Of a stretch of 64,000 bases of DNA, positions 1-10,116 are shown piece after piece; the first letter of the stretch is position 1; the number at the start of each line of letters is the position of its first letter. A program made the position numbers and the translations under genes. The DNA is taken from sequence record DRR723986_22395; one strand, written 5' to 3'. Under the pieces are notes generated by a model, which was given only the letters and a program-made list of their open reading frames with translations, was not told the origin of the DNA and ran no database searches.

Positions 1-30
1 GTTGGAAGACCGATGACCGAAGACCGAAGT
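1..30. repeat. Heptameric tandem repeat (GAAGACC/GATGACC/GAAGACC), possibly truncated by the window edge
   Basis: Sequence gttg-gaagacc-gatgacc-gaagacc-gaagt seen directly; it abuts dispersed element copy A. Confidence 0.6.
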
Positions 31-103
31 ACCCTCAATTCTTAAGTTTAATAAATCTTACATTGCTTTTGTCAACTTACTAGAAGTAAAGCGGATATAC
101 ATA
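26..103 (-). repeat. Dispersed intergenic element, copy A
   Basis: Its reverse complement aligns without gaps to 36341-36418 (61/78 identities by hand count) and to 54082-54159. Confidence 0.85.
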
Positions 104-343
104 ATTCGAAATTTAATTTTAACAAAACTTGCCAAAGACAAGATCAATAAAAGCCCAGAATTCAATTCTGGTTTAAATTGATTGCTAATGTTATTCCGAG
201 TGACAAGGGCTCCATCAGTCTTACAAAATCAATTACTCGACAAATTTTTATTCTTAAAGAACAGGTCTATCTCCTCCTAACCAAATATTTTTCTCCCAAA
301 TCATTCATTTTTTAACGATTATTCTAAATACTTTCGAATACAG

Positions 344-375
344 TTTGGTATTCCAAATTATTAATCATACTTTTG
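344..375 (+). promoter_or_regulatory. Bacteroidota primary-sigma promoter for deaD (-33 TTTG, -7 TACTTTTG)
   Basis: TTTG at 344-347 and TAnnTTTG at 368-375, 20-nt spacer, about 105 nt upstream of the ATG. Confidence 0.7.
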
Positions 376-479
376 CACCGTCAATAAGACAAAGAACAAT
401 TTTTCGTGCCGTGAATTCCTTACTGTCGCTTGTCGGGATATTTATTAGGACCGAATGGCAGGGAAATTAAGGAAACATC

Positions 480-2258
480 ATGGATCAAACACTCAAGTTC
501 TCAGACTTGGGAATTTCTGCGGAAATTCTTAAGTCAGTGGAAGAGATGGGCTATACCCAACCTTCCCCAATTCAATCACAAGCTATACCTTTCGTACTTC
601 AGGGAAGAGATGTCATCGGACAGGCTCAAACTGGTACAGGTAAAACAGCAGCTTTTGCTATTCCAATTATCGACTTAGTCGATGCGGATGTAAACAAGCC
701 TCAAGCAATCATTCTTTGCCCTACCCGTGAACTTGCTGTTCAGGTAGAAGGTGAAATTCAAAAATTGGCTCGTTATCACAGAGCAATTAATTCAGTAGCT
801 ATTTACGGTGGCGAATCTATCGACCGTCAGATCAGAGTTCTTCGCAAAGGAGTTCAGATCGTAGTAGGTACTCCAGGCCGTGTACAAGATCACATCAACC
901 GTGGCACATTGAAGCTTGACTCAGTTGGCATCCTAGTATTGGATGAGGCTGATGAGATGCTAGATATGGGCTTCAGAGATGATATCGAAGCTATCCTTCA
1001 GGAGATGCCGGAAGAAAGACAGACTGTTTTCTTCTCTGCTACTATGGCAAGACCTATCATGGACTTGACTAGAAAATATCAGACTAATCCTGAGATTGTA
1101 AAAATCGACAAGAAGGAATTGACTGTTTCTAACATAGAACAAACGTATTACGAAGTTAAGAATCCATTGAAATTGGAATTGATGGCTCGTTTGATGAATG
1201 TTCACAACATCAACCTAAGCGTAGTATTCTGTAATACTAAGCGTATGGTAGATGAAGTTACTGAAGGCTTGATCGCTAGAGGAATTGCTGCTGATGCACT
1301 TCACGGTGACCTTTCTCAAGCTCAGCGTGATAAGGTAATGGGCAAGTTCCGTAAAGGACATTGCAAAGTACTTGTTGCAACTGACGTAGCTGCAAGAGGA
1401 ATTGACGTTGACAATGTAGAGGCGGTATTCAATTACGACCTTCCATTAGACGAAGAATATTACGTACACCGTATCGGTCGTACAGGCCGTGCAGGTAGAA
1501 ATGGTAAAGCAATCAACTTCGTAACAGGTAGAAGAGATAACTTTAAGATGAGAGATTTGGAAAGATACACCAAAGCTACCATCACAAAGATGTCCCCTCC
1601 TTCTGCTGCTGATTTGATCGAATTGAAAAAAGCTCAATTCGTGAAAAGCGTAACAGAACAAGTTCAGAAAGAAGAAGACAATCAAATCTTCGAAGCAACT
1701 ATCGGACAAATGCTTGCTGAAGGTCTTACCATCGATCAGGTAGCTGTTGGTTTGATGAAGTTAGCGATGGGTGACTCAGTGAAAGAAATGAGCGAGCAGA
1801 ACTTCAGCATCGATACCTATGGTAACGATAGAAGAAGAGAAGGTGGACGTGACGGCGGAAGAGGCGAACGTGGCGGAAGATTCGAAAGAGGTGGAGAAAG
1901 AGGCGGAAGATTTGAAAGAGGAGAGAGAAGCGAAAGAGGTGGTGAGAGAAGAAGAGAATTCGGATCTCGTGACGGTGGCTCTAGAGATGGTGGTAAAAGA
2001 CCAGAAAGAGTTCGCGAAGCAAACATGACTCGTCTATTCTTAAACCTTGGTAAAAAAGACAGAATCCGTCCAAATGATATCGTCGGTGCGATTGCGGGTG
2101 AAACTGGCGTACCAGGACGTAGCATCGGAGGAATTGATATTTATGACAACTTCTCTTTTGTGGATGTTCCTTCTAAAGATGCCAATCAGGTGATCGACGG
2201 AATGAGAAACAACACCATCAAAGGTAAGTCTGTCAACATGGAAATTTCAAAAGGTTAA
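480..2258 (+). CDS. deaD: DEAD-box RNA helicase (DeaD/CsdA-like) with RGG-rich linker and C-terminal DbpA-type RNA-binding domain
   Basis: Q motif, AQTGTGKT, PTRELA, DEAD, SAT, HRIGRTGRAG; C-terminal RLFLNLGKKD...IDIYDNFSFVDV. Confidence 0.93.
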   Translation: MDQTLKFSDLGISAEILKSVEEMGYTQPSPIQSQAIPFVLQGRDVIGQAQTGTGKTAAFAIPIIDLVDADVNKPQAIILCPTRELAVQVEGEIQKLARYHRAINSVAIYGGESIDRQIRVLRKGVQIVVGTPGRVQDHINRGTLKLDSVGILVLDEADEMLDMGFRDDIEAILQEMPEERQTVFFSATMARPIMDLTRKYQTNPEIVKIDKKELTVSNIEQTYYEVKNPLKLELMARLMNVHNINLSVVFCNTKRMVDEVTEGLIARGIAADALHGDLSQAQRDKVMGKFRKGHCKVLVATDVAARGIDVDNVEAVFNYDLPLDEEYYVHRIGRTGRAGRNGKAINFVTGRRDNFKMRDLERYTKATITKMSPPSAADLIELKKAQFVKSVTEQVQKEEDNQIFEATIGQMLAEGLTIDQVAVGLMKLAMGDSVKEMSEQNFSIDTYGNDRRREGGRDGGRGERGGRFERGGERGGRFERGERSERGGERRREFGSRDGGSRDGGKRPERVREANMTRLFLNLGKKDRIRPNDIVGAIAGETGVPGRSIGGIDIYDNFSFVDVPSKDANQVIDGMRNNTIKGKSVNMEISKG

Positions 2259-2291
2259 TAGGTTAATAGGTTATAAGGTTTATATGGTACT

Positions 2292-2323
2292 AAGGCACAT
2301 TTCTAAGGAAATGTGCTTTTTTT
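2292..2323 (+). terminator. Intrinsic terminator of deaD
   Basis: GCACATTTC-taag-GAAATGTGC stem followed by a T-run. Confidence 0.85.
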
Positions 2324-2342
2324 GTGTCTAAGAAAATTCCGT

Positions 2343-3047
2343 ATGCAACTCTTTTTTCAAGAAAACATCAGCCCCCCACTTATCCATTTAGATCCGGATG
2401 AGTCCAAGCATCTTTGTCGTGTACTTCGTAAAAAACAAGGAGACCATGTGAATGTAACCGATGGTGCTGGCAAACTTTTCGAATGTGTAATCCTGGAAGC
2501 AAACCCTAAGAAGACCAGTTTGAAAGTTCTGCAAACCAATGAAGTTGAAGTAGAATCTTTTCATATTCATTTGGCAATTGCGCCAACCAAAAGTCCAGAT
2601 CGTATGGAGTGGATGGTGGAAAAAATCACTGAGATAGGTTTCCATGAATTGACCCTTTTGGAGACCATGAATTCGGAAAGAACCTACCTTAAAACTGACC
2701 GACTGGAAAAAAAGATTATTTCTGCATGCAAGCAAAGCTTAAAATATAGAATCCCTACTCTTAATCCCATTTCCAAACTAGATAAGATCTTGAATTCTAA
2801 AGAATTCGAAGATTATCAGAAATTCATTGCATACGTAGATGAGAATCACGATCACCATTTGTTTGACAGCGCAGAAGCAAATGGGAAATATTTAGTTTTA
2901 ATAGGCCCAGAAGGTGATTTTGATCCAATCGAAATTGAAAAAGCTTTTAGAGCAGGGTTTAAGCCAGTATCTTTGGGACGAGCAAGATTACGAACTGAGA
3001 CTGCTGGACTTGCAGCAGTTCAGATGCTTCAAACACTAAATCGATAA
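2343..3047 (+). CDS. rsmE: 16S rRNA m3U1498 methyltransferase RsmE
   Basis: HLCRVLR, EKITEIG, IGPEGDF, SLGRARLRTETA SPOUT motifs; start moved to ATG 2343 because the ORF-track start lies inside the terminator. Confidence 0.93.
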   Translation: MQLFFQENISPPLIHLDPDESKHLCRVLRKKQGDHVNVTDGAGKLFECVILEANPKKTSLKVLQTNEVEVESFHIHLAIAPTKSPDRMEWMVEKITEIGFHELTLLETMNSERTYLKTDRLEKKIISACKQSLKYRIPTLNPISKLDKILNSKEFEDYQKFIAYVDENHDHHLFDSAEANGKYLVLIGPEGDFDPIEIEKAFRAGFKPVSLGRARLRTETAGLAAVQMLQTLNR

Positions 3048-3135
3048 AATAATCGTTTTTTTCTTGTTGAGTTAAAGTTCTTGTTGAAGAACTTATAGCA
3101 TTTTCATTAATTTAGAGTCAAAGACAATTTTTACC

Positions 3136-3489
3136 GTGCCGTACAAAGAGCGAGAAATAGAAAAGAAATATCATTCCATAGGGGAAGTAGCGCAAATGTT
3201 CAAAGTTGCGCCTTCATTAATTCGCTATTGGGAAGGTGAGTTTGATATCATCCGTCCTAAGAAAGACAGAAAAGGCAATCGTCGCTACACTAAGATCGAT
3301 ATCCAGAAGATCAAATACATCTATCATCTGGTTAAAGAAAAAGGATACACGCTTCAGGGAGCTCAAGAAGTGATCAAAGCGGGAAAAGAGCAAGGATTTG
3401 ATAAGGTACAAGCCGTGCAAAGGCTTCAGGAGATCAAAGATTTTTTAATCAATATCCGGGATGAATTCAATGCTAAATCAGGCTCATGA
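3136..3489 (+). CDS. MerR-family HTH transcriptional regulator
   Basis: SIGEVAQMFKVAPSLIRYWE...GNRRY motif; GTG start. Confidence 0.88.
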   Translation: MPYKEREIEKKYHSIGEVAQMFKVAPSLIRYWEGEFDIIRPKKDRKGNRRYTKIDIQKIKYIYHLVKEKGYTLQGAQEVIKAGKEQGFDKVQAVQRLQEIKDFLINIRDEFNAKSGS

Positions 3490-4588
3490 GGATTTACGTT
3501 ACTTTCTAGCATTATCCTTAGCTCCTAAAATTGGACCTGGTGTATTTAAAGCTATTATAGCCTATTCAGGGTCAGCCACTAATTTTTTCAAACTCCCAAA
3601 AGGCAAAGTAGCCAAGACTCCTAAAGTCGGGGAAAAACTTTTAACCTTAAGAAATCAAGAATCCGATTTACTTCGAAAAGCGGATGACCTGATTAATGAA
3701 TGTGCAAAAAAGCACTTCCATATCCTCACTCCACTTCATCCTGATTTTCCTCAGCGCTTTAAAATGCAAGAGGATTCACCTGTGGTGATTTTCGCTCAGG
3801 GAAAAACCAATCTAAATTTTGATAGAAGTATTGGAATCGTCGGGACAAGAAGTGCGACAAATTATGGTAAATCAGCCACAAGAAAGATCATTGAAGATTT
3901 GGCAATTTACCAACCTACTATCATTTCAGGATTAGCTTATGGTATTGATATAGAAGCTCACCGAGCTGCACTTGCCATAGGTCTTCCTACCATTGCAGTA
4001 ATGGGATCACCAATCGGCAGGATTTATCCTGCAGTTCATCGGAAAACGGCCGAATCGATTTTAGAGACGGGAGCCGTTATTAGTGAATATTCGCCAAGCA
4101 GCACCATGGTTCCGGGAAACTTCCCAGCACGCAACCGAATTATAGCTAGCCTTTCCGATGCGCTAATTGTAGTAGAAGCAGCAGAAAAAGGGGGTGCCCT
4201 AATCACAGCTGAAATTGCTTACAGCTATGACAAAGATGTCTTTGCTGTGCCGGGAAACCTGCAATCCCAATACAGTGAGGGTTGCAATTTGCTGATTAAG
4301 AAAATGAAGGCAAATATATATACCGGACCAAATGACGTAGTAGAAGCTCTGTTTTGGAGCAAACCTGGTGAAATAAAAACTCAAAAGCCTCAACTTGACT
4401 TGACCAACAGAGATGTGGATGATCAGGCTATTTTGAAGCTTTTACAGGAAAAAGGAGAAGTAGAAATTGATTCTTTGAGCATAACCACAGAAATCCCTTT
4501 GGGATTGCTTTCTTCGAAACTTCTGGCTTTAGAGTTTGAAGGGATTGTAAAGTCCTTGCCTGGGAAAAAATATAGGTTGTTGGTTTAG
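3461..4588 (+). CDS. dprA: DNA-processing protein DprA
   Basis: IVGTRSAT, ISGLAYGID, FPARNRII, VFAVPG motifs and C-terminal winged helix; true start may be 3470. Confidence 0.93.
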   Translation: MNSMLNQAHEDLRYFLALSLAPKIGPGVFKAIIAYSGSATNFFKLPKGKVAKTPKVGEKLLTLRNQESDLLRKADDLINECAKKHFHILTPLHPDFPQRFKMQEDSPVVIFAQGKTNLNFDRSIGIVGTRSATNYGKSATRKIIEDLAIYQPTIISGLAYGIDIEAHRAALAIGLPTIAVMGSPIGRIYPAVHRKTAESILETGAVISEYSPSSTMVPGNFPARNRIIASLSDALIVVEAAEKGGALITAEIAYSYDKDVFAVPGNLQSQYSEGCNLLIKKMKANIYTGPNDVVEALFWSKPGEIKTQKPQLDLTNRDVDDQAILKLLQEKGEVEIDSLSITTEIPLGLLSSKLLALEFEGIVKSLPGKKYRLLV

Positions 4589-4593
4589 CAATT

Positions 4594-5445
4594 TTATGGA
4601 TTGAATACAAAATTCGCCAATTTCATAGCCTCTCCAAATTCCAATTTATTAAGCCCTAAATCAAGACCATCAGACTCCAATGTCTCAACCATCACTTCAG
4701 TAGCCATATTGCCAACCAGCTCATCATCGGCCATAGGGCAACCACCAAATCCTTTCAGCGCACCATCAAATCTTTTGCAACCAGCCTTTACTCCTGCCCT
4801 AACCTTCGCTGCAATATGCTCATGCTTACTATGCAGATGCGCACCAAATTCAATATGAGGAAAAGTAGTAATCTGAAAACTCAATAAACTTGTAATCAAT
4901 TCTGGATCAGCTACTCCAATCGTATCAGATAAAGAAATAATTTTAACACCCAGCTGATCCAATTTCTCCACAAACTCTGCAACCAACTCTGGAGAATAGG
5001 GATCTCCATAAGGATTCCCAAAGCCCATGCTTAAGTAAGTCACCAAGGTTTTCCCCTTCACTTCGCAGAGATTCTGAATTTCTTCAACTTTCTCCAATGC
5101 TTGCTGAATACTTGCATTCGTGTTTCTCTGTTGGAAAGTCTCTGATACAGACAGCGGAAAACCTAAGTAATCGATTTCTTGAAATTGTAATGCATCGGTT
5201 GCTCCTCTGACATTCGCAACAATCGCTAAAAGTTTGCTTTTTGAATTATGTAGATCGAGAAGTTCTAAAACCTCGGCCGTATCACGCATTTGAGGTATTG
5301 CTTTAGGACTTACAAAACTCCCGAAATCCACCGTGTCAAACCCCACCTCCAAAAGTTGATTGATATAAGCCGCCTTAATCGCGGTATCAATAAACTCAGG
5401 TATTCCCTGCATTGCGTCCCGAGGACATTCTATCAATTTAATCAT
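4594..5445 (-). CDS. Hydroxymethylglutaryl-CoA lyase
   Basis: ECPRDAMQG, SFVSPKAIPQM, HLH, GFGGCPMA; ATG at 5445. Confidence 0.9.
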   Translation of the reverse strand: MIKLIECPRDAMQGIPEFIDTAIKAAYINQLLEVGFDTVDFGSFVSPKAIPQMRDTAEVLELLDLHNSKSKLLAIVANVRGATDALQFQEIDYLGFPLSVSETFQQRNTNASIQQALEKVEEIQNLCEVKGKTLVTYLSMGFGNPYGDPYSPELVAEFVEKLDQLGVKIISLSDTIGVADPELITSLLSFQITTFPHIEFGAHLHSKHEHIAAKVRAGVKAGCKRFDGALKGFGGCPMADDELVGNMATEVMVETLESDGLDLGLNKLEFGEAMKLANFVFNP

Positions 5446-5780
5446 AGCTAAAGTTACCAAAGATCAATTACTGTAGGGCTGAGATCCTCAAGTTTGTGCT
5501 ATGACCTAGAGTAGATTTTTGCTTTGTGGGTTAAACAAAAAACCTCTAGAATCACCCAAGACCTGGACAGATTTTGGAAAACTTGGGTAATAATTATCAT
5601 AAAGTGGGGAATATAACTAATCGTCAAAAAACGCCTTCAACCCCTAAAAAGTGCCTTAATTAATCGTAATGACCCTTTTTATGATTCCTACAAGCTAACT
5701 ATAGGATTGGATTCAGTATTGTATTAGATGCAATAGATTTTAACCACTAACAACCTTTTTACAACCAAACCAATTTAGAA

Positions 5781-6308
5781 ATGAAAACGAAAGTAAATTT
5801 AATTATCGGGGCAGCAGTAGCCACAGTAGCATTGTACTCATGTGAGACGAAAAATTACACTGAACAAGACCGTGTAGAAGTAACTTCTAACCTTGAGAAT
5901 TATGTAGATAGCGTAGAAAACGCAGTTAAAATAGTTCCAGTACACAACTGGTCAGTAATCGATGAGCGTTTTGACAGCCTTGAAAATAGAGCTGAAAAGG
6001 TGTATGATGACTTGAAAGTAGAAGATGACAATCTTGAAATGATCGAAGAGCGCTACGAAACTGTAGTGAAAAATGCTAAGGCTGAATCTGAGAACTTTGA
6101 AAGAACTGCCGAAATGCACATGAATAATGTGGAAACATGGTGGGATAAGACTTCTTCAGATATTGAAAAAGGAACAAAGAATACAGCTGAAGATTTAGAA
6201 GAAACCACCCAAGAAAGTTTGGATTGGTTAGAGAAAAACTTCGATAAACTCGGTGATGAGACCAAGAAAAAATATGAAGAGATCTCAATGAAATTAAGCA
6301 AAGATTAA
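5781..6308 (+). CDS. Helical, acidic lipoprotein of unknown function
   Basis: Lipoprotein signal (ALYSC) followed by E/D/K-rich predicted helices. Confidence 0.8.
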   Translation: MKTKVNLIIGAAVATVALYSCETKNYTEQDRVEVTSNLENYVDSVENAVKIVPVHNWSVIDERFDSLENRAEKVYDDLKVEDDNLEMIEERYETVVKNAKAESENFERTAEMHMNNVETWWDKTSSDIEKGTKNTAEDLEETTQESLDWLEKNFDKLGDETKKKYEEISMKLSKD

Positions 6309-6326
6309 TTTCACTCAATAAACTAG

Positions 6327-6363
6327 AAATCCTTCTGGAATGATTCCAGAAGGATTTTTTTTT
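6327..6363 (+). terminator. Intrinsic terminator, probably bidirectional
   Basis: AAATCCTTCTGGAA / TTCCAGAAGGATTT inverted repeat plus T-run, between convergent genes. Confidence 0.85.
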
Positions 6364-6465
6364 ACTTTTTCAAAAAACATGTTGATCTAAGAATTTCAGA
6401 AATTCTGGTTTGGAAAGATTTAAACCAAAGCAATCCTACCAGTACCATTGCGGAAATACATATTT

Positions 6466-7419
6466 TTAAAATATCTCCTTTGCAATTTTATAGGTGGTAT
6501 CTGCCTTACTCATGGTATAGAAATGCAAGGATGGCACCTTCTTTTCCACCAACTCCTTGCACTGCTGTATAGACCATTCTATTCCAACTTCCTTTACCTC
6601 AGCGTTAGTTTTACACTTTTCCAACTCATCCATTAACGGATCTGGCAAGTCCAAAAAGAACGTGCGTGGAAGCATAGTGATTTGACCTAAGGTAGTGATA
6701 GGCTTGATACCTGGAATAATAGGAACAGTAATCCCGGCGGCTCTGACTTGGTCTACAAATTCAAAGTATTTTTCATTGTCAAAAAACATCTGAGTTACGA
6801 TATACTCTGCTCCTTTCTCGACTTTTTCCTTGAGGTACTTCAAGTCAAACTTCATCGAAGGCGCCTCGAAGTGTTTTTCTGGATATCCTGCTACACCCAC
6901 GCAAAAGTCAGTTTGGAAGCCAATTTCAGTCTCTTCATGAAGGTATCTTCCCTCATTCATTCGCTTAATTTGCTCCACTAACTCACTTGCGTAGCCATGT
7001 CCTTCTGGCTCACGAATAAATTTTCCCTCAGTTTTAGGCGCATCCCCACGAAGTGCAAGTACATTTTCTACGCCGATAAAGTTTAAATCAATCAGTGCAT
7101 TTTCGGTTTCTTCCTTAGAAAAACCTCCGCAAAGAATATGTGGCACAGCATCCACGTGAAAGCGATTCATTATTGCTGCGCAAATCCCTACCGTTCCAGG
7201 ACGTTTTTTAGTGCTGATTTTTTGTAGCAAACCATTTGGATGCTTTTTATAAATGTACTCCTCCCTATGATAAGTCACATCCACAAAAGGCGGGTTAAAA
7301 TCCATCAAAGGTGAAATTCCCTCAAGCAATTCATTCAGACTTTGGCCTTTTAGCGGAGGCAAAATTTCGAAGGAAAACAGCGTATTCTTCGCGGTTCCTA
7401 AGTGTTCAGTAATTTTCAT
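6466..7419 (-). CDS. metF: 5,10-methylenetetrahydrofolate reductase
   Basis: FSFEILPP, LALRGD, AGYPEKH, TQMFFD, LHFYTM; 1-nt overlap with the metH gene. Confidence 0.93.
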   Translation of the reverse strand: MKITEHLGTAKNTLFSFEILPPLKGQSLNELLEGISPLMDFNPPFVDVTYHREEYIYKKHPNGLLQKISTKKRPGTVGICAAIMNRFHVDAVPHILCGGFSKEETENALIDLNFIGVENVLALRGDAPKTEGKFIREPEGHGYASELVEQIKRMNEGRYLHEETEIGFQTDFCVGVAGYPEKHFEAPSMKFDLKYLKEKVEKGAEYIVTQMFFDNEKYFEFVDQVRAAGITVPIIPGIKPITTLGQITMLPRTFFLDLPDPLMDELEKCKTNAEVKEVGIEWSIQQCKELVEKKVPSLHFYTMSKADTTYKIAKEIF

Positions 7420-10112
7420 CAGGTTGGTTCTACTAGGGTTAAATTAGGTTGGTAAGCAAGGTTTGGAGAAAGCAATCGCTCTGCATCACGAAGAGAAATA
7501 CCTTTACGCTCTGCATAGCTGGTCACTTGGTCTTCTCCTATTTTGCCGAGACCAAAGTATTTACTTTCAGGGTTTCCAAAGAAATATCCAGAGACAGATG
7601 AGGTCGGATACATCGCATAGCTGGAAGTAAGCTCGATTCCTATCTCATTTTTCATATCCAAAAGCTGAGAAATCGTCTCCTTTTCGGAGTGTTCAGGACA
7701 AGCCGGATAGCCTGGTGCTGGCCTGATACCAAGGTATTCTTCTCGAACCAAGGAGTCATTTTCCAAATTCTCATCAGGTGAATATCCCCAGTATTCCTTT
7801 CTGACCAACTCGTGAATATATTCAGCTGCTGCCTCTGCTAGTCGATCTGCCACAGATTTGAACAAGATATCGTTATAGTCGTCCCCAGCTTTTTGAAACT
7901 CAGCTAATTTTGACTCCATACCAATCCCTGAAGTCACAGCAAAGCAACCCAAATAGTCCTGTTTGGAAGGATGCAAATAATCCGCTAGCGAACGATTTGG
8001 AACGCCTTTCCCCTTTTTACCTTGCTGGCGCAAAAAGTGAAAGGAGGCTGTTTGATTTCCATTTTCATCGAATACGACCGCATCATCCCCTGCTCTTTGT
8101 ACTGGATAAAGTCCAAAAACAGCATTCGCGGAAAGCCACTTTTCTGAAATTACTTTGTCAAGCATTTCGTTAGCTTCATCATAGACCTTCTTGGCTTCTG
8201 CTCCCACTACTGGATCAGAGAAAATCTTTGGGTATTTACCACTCAGCATCCAGGTACTGAAGAACGGAGTCCAGTCAATGTACTTTCGGATCTCATTCAA
8301 ATCCAGATCCTTCAATACAGTCCGTCCCAATTTCTTCGGTACAACAGGGGAATACGAATTCCAGTCAATTTCAACAGGGTTAGCTTTGGCTTCTTCATAA
8401 GAAACAAGCTGCTTCACAGATTGCTTAGCTTCATGCTCCACGCGAAGTTGAGCATAGATCTCTTTATACTTTAATCGATAAGCTTCTTTGGTTTCCTCAG
8501 AAATAGCTTCGCCAGCGATAGGTACAGACTTACTAGCATCCATCACATGGATTACCGTTCCGCTGTAAACTGGATCTATTTTCACAGCTGTATGAATTCT
8601 CGAAGTCGTCGCACCACCGATAAGCAAAGGAATCTTGATCCCCTGTCGCTCCATTTCTGAAGCCACATTCACCATTTCATCCAAAGATGGGGTAATCAAG
8701 CCGCTAAGGCCAATGATATCAACCTTATTCTTTACAGCCTCATCTATGATCTTCTGGGCGTCAACCATTACTCCCAAATCAATGATTTGGTAGCTGTTGC
8801 AGGCCAAAACAACGCCAACAATGTTCTTACCAATATCGTGAACATCGCCTTTGACAGTTGCCAAAAGGATTTTCTTCAAGGATGATTCCTCAGCCCCTTC
8901 CTCTGGTAAAGGCATAAATGGCTCTAAATAAGCAACCGCCTTTTTCATCACACGAGCAGATTTCACCACTTGAGGAAGGAACATTTTTCCCTCTCCAAAA
9001 AGATCACCTACCACGTTCATCCCATCCATCAATGGCCCTTCGATGACCTTTAGAGGGTTCTTTAGCTCAAGTCTTGCTTCCTCAGTATCCTCAATAATAA
9101 AGTCCAAAATGCCTTTTACCAAGGCATGCTCCATACGCTTGGCTACAGGGTCTGAACGCCAAGCTTCATTCACTATTTCTTTTTTATCGGCGGACTTTAC
9201 AGTTTCAGCAAAATCAAGTAAACGCTCAGTAGCATCCTCTCTGCGATCGAAAAGCACATCTTCAACCCGCTCAAGAAGTTCTTTAGGAATATCATCGTAA
9301 ATCTCCAACATGGTTGGATTCACGATACCCATGTCCATTCCGCTTTTGATAGCATGATATAAAAAAGCTGCATGCATCGCTTCACGTACGGGATTATTTC
9401 CTCTGAATGAAAAACTAACATTACTAACCCCACCGCTGACTTTTGCACCGGGAAGGTTCGCTTTTATCCATTTGGTAGCATTGAAAAAGTCTAGGGCATT
9501 TTTGCGATGCTCATCCATCCCAGTAGCCACCGGGAAAATATTCGGATCGAAAATAATATCTTGAGGATTGAATTTCACTTGGTCCACAAGTACCCTGTAA
9601 CTCCTCTCACAAATCTCGATTCGCCTTTCGTAAGTATCAGCTTGCCCCGCTTCGTCAAAGGCCATTACGACTACCGCTGCGCCGAATTTCTTCACTGTTT
9701 TGGCCTGTTCGATGAATTCAGCTTCACCATTTTTTAGGGAAATAGAATTTACGATTCCTTTTCCCTGCACACATTTCAATCCCGCTACGATAATTTTCCA
9801 TTTGGAACTATCGATCATAATCGGGATTCTGGAAATCTCTGGTTCAGATGCAATCAGGTTCAGGAATTTGACCATAGCAAATTCGCCATCAAGCATTCCT
9901 TCATCCATGCAGACATCTAGTACCTGCGCGCCTCCCCTAACTTGATCCAAGGCTACTTCCAGCGCTTCATCATAATTTCCATTCAATATCAAGCGGGCAA
10001 ACTTCTTCGAACCGGTGATATTGGTTCGTTCGCCTACATTGACAAAGTTAATTTCGGGTGTAAAAACCAGGGGCTCTAAGCCCGAAAGTTTCATGTAGTT
10101 TGTTCTTGCCAT
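7419..10112 (-). CDS. metH: B12-dependent methionine synthase: pterin-binding, cobalamin-binding and reactivation domains
   Basis: [17 protein letters not shown] (DxHxxG cobalamin motif), [12 protein letters not shown]. Confidence 0.95.
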   Translation of the reverse strand: MARTNYMKLSGLEPLVFTPEINFVNVGERTNITGSKKFARLILNGNYDEALEVALDQVRGGAQVLDVCMDEGMLDGEFAMVKFLNLIASEPEISRIPIMIDSSKWKIIVAGLKCVQGKGIVNSISLKNGEAEFIEQAKTVKKFGAAVVVMAFDEAGQADTYERRIEICERSYRVLVDQVKFNPQDIIFDPNIFPVATGMDEHRKNALDFFNATKWIKANLPGAKVSGGVSNVSFSFRGNNPVREAMHAAFLYHAIKSGMDMGIVNPTMLEIYDDIPKELLERVEDVLFDRREDATERLLDFAETVKSADKKEIVNEAWRSDPVAKRMEHALVKGILDFIIEDTEEARLELKNPLKVIEGPLMDGMNVVGDLFGEGKMFLPQVVKSARVMKKAVAYLEPFMPLPEEGAEESSLKKILLATVKGDVHDIGKNIVGVVLACNSYQIIDLGVMVDAQKIIDEAVKNKVDIIGLSGLITPSLDEMVNVASEMERQGIKIPLLIGGATTSRIHTAVKIDPVYSGTVIHVMDASKSVPIAGEAISEETKEAYRLKYKEIYAQLRVEHEAKQSVKQLVSYEEAKANPVEIDWNSYSPVVPKKLGRTVLKDLDLNEIRKYIDWTPFFSTWMLSGKYPKIFSDPVVGAEAKKVYDEANEMLDKVISEKWLSANAVFGLYPVQRAGDDAVVFDENGNQTASFHFLRQQGKKGKGVPNRSLADYLHPSKQDYLGCFAVTSGIGMESKLAEFQKAGDDYNDILFKSVADRLAEAAAEYIHELVRKEYWGYSPDENLENDSLVREEYLGIRPAPGYPACPEHSEKETISQLLDMKNEIGIELTSSYAMYPTSSVSGYFFGNPESKYFGLGKIGEDQVTSYAERKGISLRDAERLLSPNLAYQPNLTLVEPT

Positions 10113-10116
10113 CTTC

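Noticed and set aside
1845-2000. Purine-rich tandem repeats inside deaD
   Set aside because: They encode the RGG/ERGG low-complexity linker typical of DEAD-box helicases; not a CRISPR array or a separate element.
5707-5722. Sigma54-like TGG-N8-TTG motif upstream of the lipoprotein gene
   Set aside because: It lacks the CAC and the -12 GC; too degenerate to call.
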